Origin: Fistulifera solaris
Lineage: Eukaryota
Assembly (NCBI GenBank): GCA_030295235.1
Contig: AP026132.1
Span: 434,001-498,000 of the forward strand
Direction: 5' to 3'
DNA length: 64,000 nt
In this document: positions 1 through 12,100 of the stretch, in pieces
Numbering within the stretch: the first letter of the stretch is position 1
Layout: every line of letters begins with the position of its first letter
Made by a program: the position numbers and the translations under genes
Notes under the pieces: generated by a model
The model's database searches: none
Told to the model about the DNA's origin: nothing
Seen by the model: only the letters and a program-made list of their open reading frames with translations

Positions 1-125
1 TTCGAATTACCAGGTACTGATAACGTAGTACTACAAGTACAGTACTGATTACGCACTACGCACTACACGCACTCACTTTTCGAACACGGCAAATATTCCG
101 ACAGCTTTGGCGTCAACTGCCGCCT

Positions 126-1544
126 ATGTCAATCAAAATCGATTCTGACAACACTTGCTATCGTTGTTTCTCATCTGAGTTAACTTTTGAGAGAGTATTT
201 GTTGAAAAGATGCCTCCGGAAGAACGAGTCGAGGCCCGCAGTTGCGAGTTCACGGGAACGACAACGAATGCTACGTTTCATTGCTGCACCTCCACTCTGC
301 CTTACCCAAAACGTCCTCTCGAAGACATCAATCGGGGTCTCAATTTGAATTTGGGACAAAGTATCATTTCACCCAACAGCAAAACGCTTCTTTGGGTGAT
401 ACAATTTCTCGATCGCTTGCTCGTCCGATGGTGGGAACCTTATTTTCAGCGTCTCTGGAAATCCATTCCTCTGCACCTCCGAAAAAAGCTGACTTTCGCC
501 GCGTGGAATGTCTACTTTCCTCTTCACAAACGACTACTAGGTCGAACGACCGGAATTCATCCCGATGCGTCACTGGAATATCACGCCATGACGACACTGG
601 CTTGGTGGGGACGAATGATTCCGGTGACGATTGAGCGGATGCGCTTTTCGCTGTCCCAGCTGTCCGTCTGGTCGAACCATCCCGTACTCTCTCGCGTCGA
701 AGTCATTGACGAGCCCATTGCCTGTCCTATTCCTCCCGATCAACACTGGCATGTGAAGGGATTGTACGTGCATGTGGCGGATGAACCCACGGAGTACACG
801 TTACTGTGGATCTACGGAGGTGCCTTTCTCGCGGGCGACATGGAAGGTAATCTCGGACCCGCCGAACGTGTCGGTCGGGAAACGGGCATGGATGTCTTTC
901 TCGTGCACCATCGTTTGGTGCCGGAAGTGCAAATGAAGGATATGTTATGGGATGTAGCACTGGGCTATCATTGGTTGACTTTACAGAGAAAGTCAACAAA
1001 AGTGCTCGTATTGGGCATCTCGTCGGGAGCCGGACTCGCGACGCGGTTGTGTCAGAGCGTGGCAGAGGCCATGCATGGTCGATCGACGCTTCCCGATTAT
1101 CTTTCTTCGATTTTACAAGACACTCCGTTACCCGCCGGAGCCGTCTTGTTGGGACCGTTTGCGGATTACACCACCCCTCGGGGTTCATTGATTACAAACG
1201 CCACTCACGACTTGATTGTCAATCCTCGTGTCCTCGAGTCCGGTTTACCGTATTTGGAAACACACATGGGTGGATCCCGGCGTGATCATTCTCCGATTTA
1301 CCGATCCTTCGCGGGGTGTCCTCCCCTCTGTGTCGTGACGTCGGAACACGAAGCCGTGTACGATCATGCCATTGATTTGGTGAATGCAGCACGCTCCTAC
1401 GGTGTCCCGGTCACGCTGGGTGTGTGGAAGTACATGTGTCACGTCTTTACGTTCTTGTCGAGTTTTGTGCCGGAAGGAGAGGAGTCGATGCAATTTTTCA
1501 TTCAGTGGCTGAAAGAACAGCAACAACGCAAGCAATTATATTAA
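126..1544 (+). CDS. Alpha/beta hydrolase, GDXG/HSL-like esterase (Abhydrolase_3)
   Basis: Oxyanion motif YGGAF, nucleophile elbow GISSGAG, C-terminal E..D and MCHVF His motif. True start may be the later ATG at 210. Confidence 0.8.
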   Translation: MSIKIDSDNTCYRCFSSELTFERVFVEKMPPEERVEARSCEFTGTTTNATFHCCTSTLPYPKRPLEDINRGLNLNLGQSIISPNSKTLLWVIQFLDRLLVRWWEPYFQRLWKSIPLHLRKKLTFAAWNVYFPLHKRLLGRTTGIHPDASLEYHAMTTLAWWGRMIPVTIERMRFSLSQLSVWSNHPVLSRVEVIDEPIACPIPPDQHWHVKGLYVHVADEPTEYTLLWIYGGAFLAGDMEGNLGPAERVGRETGMDVFLVHHRLVPEVQMKDMLWDVALGYHWLTLQRKSTKVLVLGISSGAGLATRLCQSVAEAMHGRSTLPDYLSSILQDTPLPAGAVLLGPFADYTTPRGSLITNATHDLIVNPRVLESGLPYLETHMGGSRRDHSPIYRSFAGCPPLCVVTSEHEAVYDHAIDLVNAARSYGVPVTLGVWKYMCHVFTFLSSFVPEGEESMQFFIQWLKEQQQRKQLY

Positions 1545-1575
1545 CGATGCGTTAATTTACATTTCATTATTTATC

Positions 1576-2514
1576 TTAATACAAGTTTGATTGACGTACG
1601 ACAATCGCTGCCGTAGCTATTAACATAGTATTGAGAACGTCATGATGACGATTCCTAAATTGAAGAAGCAACGACAAGGCACACAGATCCCACCGCACTA
1701 CGGTCAGCACGGCACGCAGCGAAGCCACACTGGACACCAACATGAGCCATCGATTGAGTAGCAGCATCGTAGATTGATCCATATGACGACGTTTGACGAG
1801 ACTCTGGAGAAAGAACTCCATGACGTAGCTGGTGTTGAGACACAACCAAAAGATTCTCCACTCAGGAGCGTTCGTCATCGCCACTGGTTTCACGCACAGT
1901 GTCAAATTGAGACCGTGCAATACGACATGTTTGTAGAATAGATATTGTCCTTTCTTGACCTTGTACAAGATCGTTTCCATGGTAGTTCGTTGCTGCAAAG
2001 GCGTGGTTTGCCAGTTTTGTTGAAACGAGTGTACGGGGAGGTAATGTCGGAAATACCAGGGAGCTGTCACCACCAGCAACGCGCACCAGCGCATACTATA
2101 TTGTGATAGATACGAGATGCTGTGTAGATACAGAGCCTGCCACAGATTGAGAAACTGATAAAGCAAATGCTCCATCATTTCCGCTTGGGTCACAGTGGCT
2201 TTCTCGGACAATGTTCCCGATTGTCCTGGAGCATTGCGAATGGTACGATGCGGAAAGTCTTGTGCCGCCGTATACGTAAGTAGCATGCCGCTGCATCCCA
2301 AGACTACATCATAAATGAGATAGTGCGAGTCATCGCGTGGAAGGCAGCCCGCGAGTAACAACAACAAATATACGCCTCCCGTACATCGATGTCTCCAGCC
2401 GTGACGGTCGAAAAATAGCGCAGGAATCGACCTTGCTATTTGATACAAAAGAATGAGAAAGAACACTTGTAATCCGCAGAACGAGAGTTGTAACAAATAA
2501 TTGTCAACCATCAT
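1576..2514 (-). CDS. Multi-pass membrane protein, unknown function
   Basis: 312-aa ORF with several hydrophobic segments, convergent with the upstream gene; no family motif recognised. Confidence 0.6.
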   Translation of the reverse strand: MMVDNYLLQLSFCGLQVFFLILLYQIARSIPALFFDRHGWRHRCTGGVYLLLLLAGCLPRDDSHYLIYDVVLGCSGMLLTYTAAQDFPHRTIRNAPGQSGTLSEKATVTQAEMMEHLLYQFLNLWQALYLHSISYLSQYSMRWCALLVVTAPWYFRHYLPVHSFQQNWQTTPLQQRTTMETILYKVKKGQYLFYKHVVLHGLNLTLCVKPVAMTNAPEWRIFWLCLNTSYVMEFFLQSLVKRRHMDQSTMLLLNRWLMLVSSVASLRAVLTVVRWDLCALSLLLQFRNRHHDVLNTMLIATAAIVVRQSNLY

Positions 2515-3170
2515 TGTTGTTGCAGCGGACTTGGGGTATAAAAACGAAATATTTTCGTGAACTCTTCCTAAAAAATTCGTCTTGTCGCAGCGTGTCTAGC
2601 TATTCACTAAGGAGTACGTAGTGACTAGTCAGATGAACTTCCGACTGAATTTAGTCATGAGTCAACTGATCCTTCGAAAACTTTAGAGATTAAAAACTAC
2701 AAATACTGCTCTTTCATTAACCCTCCGCAATAAATACCAGGAGACGGTCTCCATCCGAGAGAAAAAGTAAAGCTATCTAAAGGCTATTATCACTTGCGAT
2801 GTTCTTCGTCAATTAGCGCAAGAAAAAACACGCATTCTTCAAGCGATACTGTGCAAAACAAAACATCTCTTCGCATCAATCAGTCATTGCCCTTCTCTCT
2901 CCCATGGTCCTTTACGAAATAAATCGAAATTATCTCTGGTGCGAGAAAAGAAAGGGCCTTTGTGTGAAACAATACTTCAGTCCAGGGGCTCGTGACTCGT
3001 GACAATGAAAAATAGAAATCGGGGAAAAGTAATCTACACTCTGTATGATAGTAGAATTTGGACCATCGCCAAAAAACATAAAAAATGCCTGAGAACTCAG
3101 AACAGGGTCACAACTCACAAAACATAAAAAACCCGTCGTTGCTATTCATTACGAACTCAGTAAACCCGTT

Positions 3171-4253
3171 TTGGGGCCAACCTTCGAGCTTTATGAACAT
3201 CTCATGAGTGAATCATTCCCACAAAGAGGCAGGAGTAAACGCATTGCGCTGGTTCTTTCGCTCTTGGCTTCCGTTTCGCTTACTTTGTGTCGGTTATGGA
3301 GCGATGGCGGCCTTCCAAGTGCTTTCATCGTCGAACAAGCGCACATCAATCGACAACCTTCCCCGTTTGCAGAAGCTTTTCCTTCAGTGAATATCACCGA
3401 TAGCCTGGACTCTTTTTCGAACTTAACAGAACTTGTACAGCTACAGAATCTACCGGTGCCTCGCAACCTCAATATTCTCTTTATGGGAGATTCGTTGACG
3501 CGTTATCAATATTTGGATCTCGTCTATTTCTTATCTCACAATGGCACGTGGCCGTCACCGAACGATCGACCCAACATGGTCATGGAAAAGACGCACCGGA
3601 ACGGCTGGACCCAATTTTACAGTTTCACGAAATCCGCGCTCCAACCGTACGAGCAATGCGATTGCTTTCGTGAATTCAACCTCACGACACTCATTGAGAA
3701 TCGGTACTATCACGATCCTGTCCGCAACAATCGTGTCACGTACTTGCAAAAATTTGGGAAATTGCCGTTCAAGAGCAATTGGAATGTCACGGAGGTGCAT
3801 CAGGAACATAGATTAGTACAAAGTGCGGCGGAATTAAATTTTTTGATTCAAGATGCCGACTGGGTCGACGCCATTCGTGATTTTGTGTGCCATTTGTCAC
3901 CGAAACCGTCTTTGTTCATATTCAATGCTGGTTTGTGGAGGGACCACGATTTGAAAGACGTCGCGTTGCAACAAAAGATCGTCCAAGCGCTGCAGGCGTG
4001 TAACATCCCGAGCATGTTCAAGACCACCACCAAACCAAAGACAAGCGCTCAACCAACGTGGGACGAGTACGAACGGCAATTGTGTAATCTCACGGATTAT
4101 TGTATGGACGTGAGATGGACGGCTCTGGTTCCGGAATCTTACTACTGGGACTGGTTGCATTTCCATGAGCCAATCTACTCCATGTTGAATGTTCAGCTAC
4201 TGTCTATGATCACTTCTCACGTCAACTTTGATGTTGTAGAGGCGATTTCTTAA
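3171..4253 (+). CDS. Type II membrane SGNH/PC-esterase-like (TBL-like O-acyltransferase/esterase) protein
   Basis: N-terminal TM, FMGDSLTRYQY (GDS motif), FNAGLW block and DWLH (DxxH) motif. Likely start is the ATG at ~3204. Confidence 0.7.
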   Translation: MGPTFELYEHLMSESFPQRGRSKRIALVLSLLASVSLTLCRLWSDGGLPSAFIVEQAHINRQPSPFAEAFPSVNITDSLDSFSNLTELVQLQNLPVPRNLNILFMGDSLTRYQYLDLVYFLSHNGTWPSPNDRPNMVMEKTHRNGWTQFYSFTKSALQPYEQCDCFREFNLTTLIENRYYHDPVRNNRVTYLQKFGKLPFKSNWNVTEVHQEHRLVQSAAELNFLIQDADWVDAIRDFVCHLSPKPSLFIFNAGLWRDHDLKDVALQQKIVQALQACNIPSMFKTTTKPKTSAQPTWDEYERQLCNLTDYCMDVRWTALVPESYYWDWLHFHEPIYSMLNVQLLSMITSHVNFDVVEAIS

Positions 4254-4617
4254 AGGGACAGATGTCAGAGACGAGTTACTTTGACTGGATTGCTCATCCG
4301 GAATGGTCGCTTTCGTTCTTGAGTCACTCTACTGAATGCTGACGGTCTCATGGGTCGTCGCTTTCCGCATGTTAAAGAAGCTTCATGATTAGTACTCCAT
4401 GAAAAATATTTGTAGAGTACTTGTAATAACTTTCTAAAGGGAGTGTAAAAAGTTATAAAAATATCCTTAGCGAAGACGAATCATGACTATGCGGGACTGA
4501 GTTATTTGTAAGCAAGTGGCGACGGACAGACACACAGCAACAACACTTGACTTGATAATAACGATCGGGCATGCGAACTCTTTTCATTTCAATTCAGAGC
4601 TTTGAATTCAGAACCAA

Positions 4618-5852
4618 ATGACCGAAGAGGCAACAAAGAAACGAACATTAGGCGGATCTACCGCAGTCGATGCTTATTGTTTAATTGATGGCTTTCTGGT
4701 GCGCGAGGACGACGACACGAACGGCGAGCGCGTGACGATCCCCGTTACGCGATTGCCCGCTATTTTTGGTCGAGATCATGAAGCTGCCGAACCGAATCAC
4801 TTCTTCGGAATCGGGACTTTAAAACTATTTTCGCGAGAGCATTTTCGGATCGATTACTGGAGCAAGGGAGGTCGATGGGGGCAGACGTCTTCTTTGGATG
4901 CTTTTCAATGGGATAACAGTATGGAGAGTAGTGAATTGATGAATCCAGAGGATGTCGATCTGGACAAGCCCTTCTTTACTATTACATGTTTGGGTAAAAA
5001 TGGAATCTTCGTCCAAGGGCGTAAAGTTGAAAGAGACCAGTCGATTGTAATCAAAGACCGCACTGCAGTCAAGGCGTCGTCTCTTTGCTTCTACTTTCTA
5101 CGACCCCTCCATCCTGAATATCGAGCCATAAGTATACCCAGCAATAACGCAAAACCTATTCTTGTTGACAACCGCGACGGCGACAGCGTCGATAGTCCCC
5201 CTTGAAAAAACGACGGGGATTCGGTGGACTCCAAGCCGAGCTGGATGTGTTGAGTACGGACGAACTGCTCGAACAATTCAGCACGGCGATTGCTACCAGC
5301 GTCTGGGAACGCAGGCATCAATTCGTCGGTTCCACCATTTCGGTACGAGCCGTCATGGCCGCCGCTCAATCGCCGGAACTGCACGCCTTGGCGGCCAAAT
5401 CGGGTGATTTGGAGCGAGCGGAAGTCATGGACTGGATTGCCGCATCGGAACGATTCTCCAAGTGGTCACAGCAGATGCTGATGAAATTGGAAGCGAAGAG
5501 TTATCAGGCAAGTATCACGAATGCCATGATCAAGGTGGGATTTACGAGGACCGCCGAGAAGGGTCGGTACATCAAATGGAGACTACCGCAGCAAATACAG
5601 CACTTGGGTGGAGCGGAATCGCCCAAGCCAAGCCCCAACACAACTCCGACCAATAAGACTGTTAGTGACAACGATTCCGTGGATGATAATCATTCTGTGG
5701 ACGAGAAAGATGATGACAAGCAATTGAATGTTTCGAATGATGGGACGCTCGAAGATGAGATGCATGTAGCGCAAACGGGTCATAATCCAACCGAAGAAAA
5801 TGACAAGTCCAATGAAGAAATGGAAGAAGTAGAAGAGGATAAGGGTGAATGA
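4618..5852 (+). CDS. FHA-domain nuclear protein; frameshift at ~5200-5210
   Basis: IFGR...SREHFRI...CLGKNGIFVQG FHA signature; ORF 4618-5205 joins ORF 5202-5852 at cccccttgaaaaaa, which gives a KKRR NLS-like stretch; acidic tail. Confidence 0.7.
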
Positions 5853-6135
5853 TCAACATCCGCTGCCATTTTGTGAAGTCTCGAAAACATTGAGCCGAAG
5901 GAGTGAATGAACACTGCTTTTACAAGGGGTGGATCTTCGATTATACTAGTACGTCCATTTTGAACTCGTATTTAGTCTTTATTGTTGAAAGAGTGAATTA
6001 TGAACTAACCAAATGAATATCTTAACTTATGAATTTATTAGTCAGTGAGCATCGCATCAGACTACCATGCCATCGTGACATGTCTTTAACAAATTATGAG
6101 AAAACTGCAACAACTTCTTGGACAACGTGAATAAC

Positions 6136-8043
6136 TTAGAGGTCAAAATCCGCCATTCCAAGATCCCCCGTGGAAAGGATATCAAAGATGCAAGCATCCC
6201 TGGACTCTTCCTCCATACCAGCACAAGCCTTGGCAGCTTCTTGGTAGGTGACCGAAGACTCAGCCAGACGTCGTCGGGCAATTGCTTCCGGAGGAGGCAT
6301 TTTGCAAGTTTGAGGGAATTGAATTCCATGAAGTTCGGTAAAGAGATGCTTGTCCGAGTCTCGGATTTGCCATTCCAAGCCGAATTCGTCCGTGTTCGTC
6401 ATGACTCTTCCGTCACGTCCTTTTAGTTCGCCAGTAACAAAGTCACCCATGAGACCAACGGCATCACTAAAGTCTTCCGACGCGCGCTGAACGGTAACAG
6501 CAAGGAAGTCGCCGTACATTTTGAAGGAAACGATGCCCTTGTCTCCCATGTCCACTTCAAACTTGTGGCGCCTGGTGTCGTAATTGACGTAGCTGATCGG
6601 GAAGCCAGCAATCTTCTGAGGAAGAACACCGTCGCGACCACCAAGGTGGTTGATGCCACGACGGCGGAAGCCATGGGTTGCCAGGTTGGAGTGGTACACC
6701 ATGTCTTTTGTGACCTCAAAGACCTGGTCGCCGATGCGAAGGGCAGCTTCCTTGATGAAAGACCAGTCACGACGAATTTGCGTGCGAATCTGAACTTCAA
6801 AGCCCAAGTTGTTGTGGAACTTCTCGCTTCGAACGAGAAGGAGATCACATTCGCCATGGAAATCATAAACCAGTCCATGCCACGTTTTCAAGTGCTGTAA
6901 AGAGTATAGTTAGTCATACTGCGAAACAATGATGTGCTTTCAGATTTGCTGTATGCACTTACAGGATCTCCGTAGCCTCCACCCTGATTCGCGGGTCCCA
7001 AGTCAATCGTGAGCGGGTTCAATTCTGATTCATCGATTTCATCTTCATCATCGCCTGCGTTGTTGGCATCGCCTAGGTCAATAGCAGGATCGGCCGGTGC
7101 AGCAGGATCGGCGGGAGCGGCAGGATCGGCGGGTTCAGCGGGAGCAGCCGGATCGGCAGGCGCAGTTTCAACTGGTGCCTCCACCGGGGCCGGAACGGGC
7201 GCTGGAACTGGTGCCTCAACCGGAACTGGAACGGGGGCTGCTACCGGAACTGGGACAGGGGCCGCTACGGGAACTGGAACAGGAGCAGCTACCGGCACTG
7301 GAACAGGAGCTGCCGCCGGCACTGGAACGGGGGCTGGAACAGGAGCTGCGACAGGAGTGCCAACAACAGCACCCTCATTCAAGCAAAGGTCCATTTTGGT
7401 GTATCCATGTTGCGCCTTTCCAGTAGAACCGGTCTCCCAACTGGTAGATTTGCCGGATTTGTAGTTCACATGAACTTCGATTTGACTGCGAGAGGGATCC
7501 TTCATCGCTACGTCGGGTATCTTGAAGCAGCCTTCCCAACCAACGGCTTTTCCACCTGCTCGGACGAACACAATTCCTGGGTCGCCCGTGTACTTGTCAC
7601 CGGTCATGCCCGAGCTGTAGTCTTTGAGCCATGCGTTATCCAGAGAAGGTTCGACTTCCACGCCTGGTTGTCCGAGGACCAAAATACACACTTGCTTCTT
7701 CTCGCAATCAACTCGTTTGTAGGCTACGGCGGCCAACTGGTATCCTTTCCATTTGGAATCGGCGTTTCCCTGTCGGTACATGTTGGCGAAAATGTCACCC
7801 GTAATCCATTCGGTGATATCTCCATCTACAACGATAGGGTTGGCGAGGGAATGGGCCTTCTTGGCATTGAGGGTGCCTCGTCCAGCCAGATGTCTCTCAA
7901 TCTGAAGAAAGCGAGGAAATGAGACGACGGTTCGTATGTTCCGCGATGCGTAGGAAACGCATACAATAACTTACCGACTCGGCATTGGTCGATGATAATA
8001 AAGCGAAGAGGAGCGCTGCTAAGCGTCTGTTTATCATTTTCAT
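6136..8043 (-). CDS. Secreted Pro/Ala-repeat protein with C-terminal GDPH/VWD-like domain (3 exons)
   Basis: Signal-peptide exon MKMINRRLAALLFALLSSTNAES; introns 7902-7974 and 6895-6962 (GT-AG); splicing restores GDPHLKTWHG...FHGECDLLL and C-terminal C..DILSTGD. Confidence 0.8.
7085..7350 (-). repeat. Coding tandem repeats (PVPVAA/PVPA and PADPAA) in the GDPH protein linker
   Basis: Repeats are visible in both the translation and the DNA (accggaactggaacaggagc-type units). Confidence 0.85.
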
Positions 8044-9128
8044 TGCTTGTTTATTGTTTGACTTTTTCTGTCCAAATGCAAAAGCTAAATTTGAAATGAG
8101 GGGCTTTGCTTTTTTCTTCCGTTTTTTTCATGTTGATCGCTTCCATTATTTTCGACGACCAGTTAAGAGTCATTTCCTTATTTCTTTACGATTAACCAAA
8201 TGCCAGTTTGACGTTGACTATGGTCTGACGTGTACGACAAAGAGCAAACAGCGTTCATCTTTACGATCGATGGCATATAGACTTCGGAATACCGAATGCT
8301 GCTGGCCTTGTACACCTCTGTATCGAATAACGAATACCTGGCATGTAAAAACCGTTAAACTATGTTCTACGTTATGACGAAAGACCTCTTAACTCAGTAA
8401 GAGAGTGGACGCTGACATAGTGCGCCTCAGTTATCAATTGTAAGTTCACACGTCTTAGTACAGTACATCCTAGAGTGTAATTTGTGAAACTTTTCCCTTT
8501 TCGCTGGTTAACTCTGGGCTCTGGGCTCTAATAAAGTACTGTGTATCGAGGAATGCTTCAAGGGCAAGCGGCATTCCGGCATTGCCATAGCATCTCAGTA
8601 CTAGTAGTAGAGGTTGAGGAGTTGAGGAGTCAAATTCGTAGGCAATAGTGGACAAGAAAATTAAAAATCTTATCGACAGTACAGCAATGATAGGAAAGAA
8701 CGCACAGACAAGTTTTAAAGTTGAACCGATGACCGTGACGTAAGACTTGAGTCTTCAGTCCCGTCTTTTCTTTCGCTAAGAGCCTCGAGACCTCGAGATT
8801 TTAGAGCCTAAATTTCGGCTTTACTTGTACAGGGTACAGTTACAGTATCCGAACTTCGGGCGTGAAGGAGGCTCTTCATCTACTGTACCAGGTACAGTAG
8901 AGATCGACACGTAGGAATCGTTTGTTCACATTTTGGTCCTGTTTGCTGCGTCACCTTGTCGTCTGTACTTTAACCGCCCTGACAAGAAGATGACGGTAGC
9001 GACAAAAGCGACGCGGCTGGAATCTCCCTCCGCTCGCTTCTGTCTGATCTTTCTTATCAACACTCTTGAAAAAGAATTTAAATTAAGAGGCTACTGGTAC
9101 TATCATCTAGCATTATTTTTTCCTTGTG

Positions 9129-12100
9129 ATGATATTCGAAAAAATGTCTGTCTCCGGTGAAAACGTAGTGGAAAACGATAAGTTGGCGTCAACTTTTGAA
9201 ACCGTTTCTCGCTGGGTCTCTGCGTCGAACGAAAACCCTAACGACGATGATACTTCGACCGACACCAAGTTGAAACTTTACGGACTTTTCAAGCGCGTCA
9301 AAAATGGACCCTGTGAAACGGAACCGCCGCCGGTGTACCGCGTCAAGGCTTACGCTAAGCACAAGGCATGGATGGAATGCTCGGACCTCTCGAAATTAGA
9401 GGCCATGCAAAATTATATTGATTTGGTGGCGCAGCAGACACAAAACACAGTTGGTCGAGAAGCGCAACGACTTGTCGATCAACTGCGAAGCGAAGAAAGC
9501 CGCGTTTCTCCACAAGTTGTGAATGACCAGAGTAAAGCAGCGTTGGCAAGCTCGGGAGCGAGCTCTGTGGAAAAGAAGACGTTTACCGAAACGTCGCGTG
9601 GCAATGTTGGCATCGTTCCGAGGGGAAGCTTGGATATTTCTTACAGCGACCTTTTGTATGCAGCCACGCACTGTCTTTTTTCGTCTCTCAATTTTGTTCC
9701 GAATCCTCGACACTACGAACAAGAAATCATTGATTTGTGGCAGCAAAGTTTGGGGAAGAATGTGGGTGTAATACCTGGATATTCTGCTAGGACTCTTCTC
9801 GATCTGTATTTGCGCACGAAACGATATCCTCTGGGATCGCAAATTATCATTTGTCCGCCTATTACGGTTCCCGGAATCGAAGAAGTCCTACGACATCATC
9901 AAATCGAATTCGTCCCTGTTGATATCCCAGAATACGACGGAGACAGTCCTTTCATATCGGTAGATACGAATGCACTGGAACACGCGATAACAGACAAAAC
10001 GGTCGCCATCATGGTCGTTCATATCTTTGGAATGCTAACGGCGAGCTCGGAAGATATGCAAAGGATACACACGATTTGTAAACGTCGCGGTGTGGAATTA
10101 ATGGAAGACTGTGCGGAGTGCTTTGGTGGGCTTTCTGAGACGGAAAACGATACCAGCACTTACCTCGGTAGTCCACATGCGGATCTTGTTCTTTTCTCTT
10201 TCGGTTTCATCAAAACGGCGACTGCCTTGGGCGGTGGCGTGGCTATCGTGCGAGACAAAGGAACGCATGAATCGATGAAGCGTCTGTTATCCGCTTGCTA
10301 CCTCGATCGCCAGTCCCAAGCAGTATTCTTCTCCAGGGTATGCAAAGCATTTCTGATCCGACTAGTGTCGGACCATCCCGTCATTTATGGACTTTTGGTC
10401 GTATTCATTCAAAACTTTGGCTTCGACTTCGATACTTTCGCTACAGCGCTTCTTCGTGGTTTCAAAAGCTCAACTGAAATGAGTGGTGACTACGTGACCC
10501 AGATAAGATTGATGCCGTGTTCTAGCTTGTTTGCTTTGTTGCTTCGCCGCATAAAGCAGAGAAACTGCACAGCTGAGCTCATTTCAGCGCGTCGACAGCA
10601 TTGCAGACGTTTGGTCGACGTTCTCCAGCATCAAGACGATGTGAGAGTCCCACGCTTTCTGGTTCCTTCCAACTTTCACGCATATTGGCTTTTCCCTGTA
10701 CTTGCTAACAATGTGCAAGATCTCTGTGTATATTTGACGAACCAGGGAATAGATGCCACGCAAGGTGCATCACAGCTCCGTTGCGTCGGGGCGTCCGAGA
10801 AATGTCCGCGCGCTTACAGTTTGATGAAACGAATTATGTATTTGCCCATGTCCCATGAGAGGCATTGGATATCAACACACTGGATCAACAATCTACCACA
10901 ATTCATAAACAATTTTGGGACCGGGGTAGGAATGAAGACCGTGAAAACAAAAAACTTTGGTTCTTCATTTCCTGTATGGGTTGCCTTTTCATTTATTTTC
11001 TTCATATACTATGGCTTCAGCACTTTGCTGGTAACAGTTTGCCCCATACTATTCTTTGTCATGGTGTGTGCCATTGCTACTGCGATCCTCGTGACGCTGT
11101 TTTTACGTTTGAGGATGGCCTCTTTTTACCTCGAAAGTTCCAACGCTTTCGCGAAATATTCATACTTGTTCGATTTGGGGTCTAAGCAACCTTTAAGAGT
11201 GAATAATACTCTGGATGATCTGAAATTTGTCGACGTCGTCGATGCAACTCTTCTGATTTCGATTCTGTCGACACGGAACGCTCCGTTTTATTAACAGGTG
11301 TTACCGGTTTTGTTGGTTCAACGATTCTCCGTGAACTGCTCTGCCGCCGAAGACAATACTCAATTAAACGAATCTATGTCATAGTTCGGCCGAAGGGGGA
11401 CCTTTCCGCCGAAGAGAGAATACATCGCTTGCTCGAAAACCCAATATTTTCTTGTGTGCCCACAGATGACCTATTTTCAGCCATTGTCGTCATCCCGGGT
11501 GACATCAGCCACGCAAACGCTGGTCTGGCCGCGGAAAGCCTTGAACAGCTAAAAAAAGAACGTTTCATTACGCATGTTTACAATTGTGCTGCAACTGTGA
11601 GCTTTACTCAATCATTGCAGGAAGCGGCTGAATCCAATATTACGTCGGCACTGAACGTCCAACGTCTAGCAGCTGAAATGCCATACCAAGAAGTCATTTT
11701 TGTTCATATCAGCACTGCTTTCGTTCATGGTGATCAAAAAGGAACAATAGATAACCCCTTGGGCAACAATCTATTTGACATGAAACCTTACGACCCTGTC
11801 GACGTGTACAAGTCGATGTGTGGAACCCAATACTATGCAACAAAAGCTATGAGTGATTTGGGTTTCTCCAACGCCTACCAGCTTAGCAAGTGCGTAGCTG
11901 AGCATCTCCTCCAGAATTGCTCTCTAAACACGATAATTATACGTCCAAGCATTGTCGGTCCTGCATTTTGTGAATCGTTGAAAGGATGGGCTGGATCCAG
12001 ACCCTCAACAATAACTGCTGCCCCGTGTCTCTATTTCTCGTATCAATGGAATATATGGTCCTTCGGTGACCATGCAGTGCCTTGCATCCCGGTCGATGTT

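Noticed and set aside
7009..7464. Gly/Ala/Thr-repeat ORF on the + strand
   Set aside because: It is the antisense shadow of the Pro/Ala repeat of the GDPH gene.
8382..8455. tRNA-like start (taactcagtaagagagtg)
   Set aside because: Only a D-arm-like hairpin; no anticodon stem, no GTTCRA T-loop and no acceptor-stem pairing.
11219..11297. ttttattaacag as a splice acceptor joining the aminotransferase part to FAR
   Set aside because: Using it would delete SVLLT, the first strand of the Rossmann motif; a 1-nt indel in the overlap explains the junction better. Not fully excluded without RNA data.
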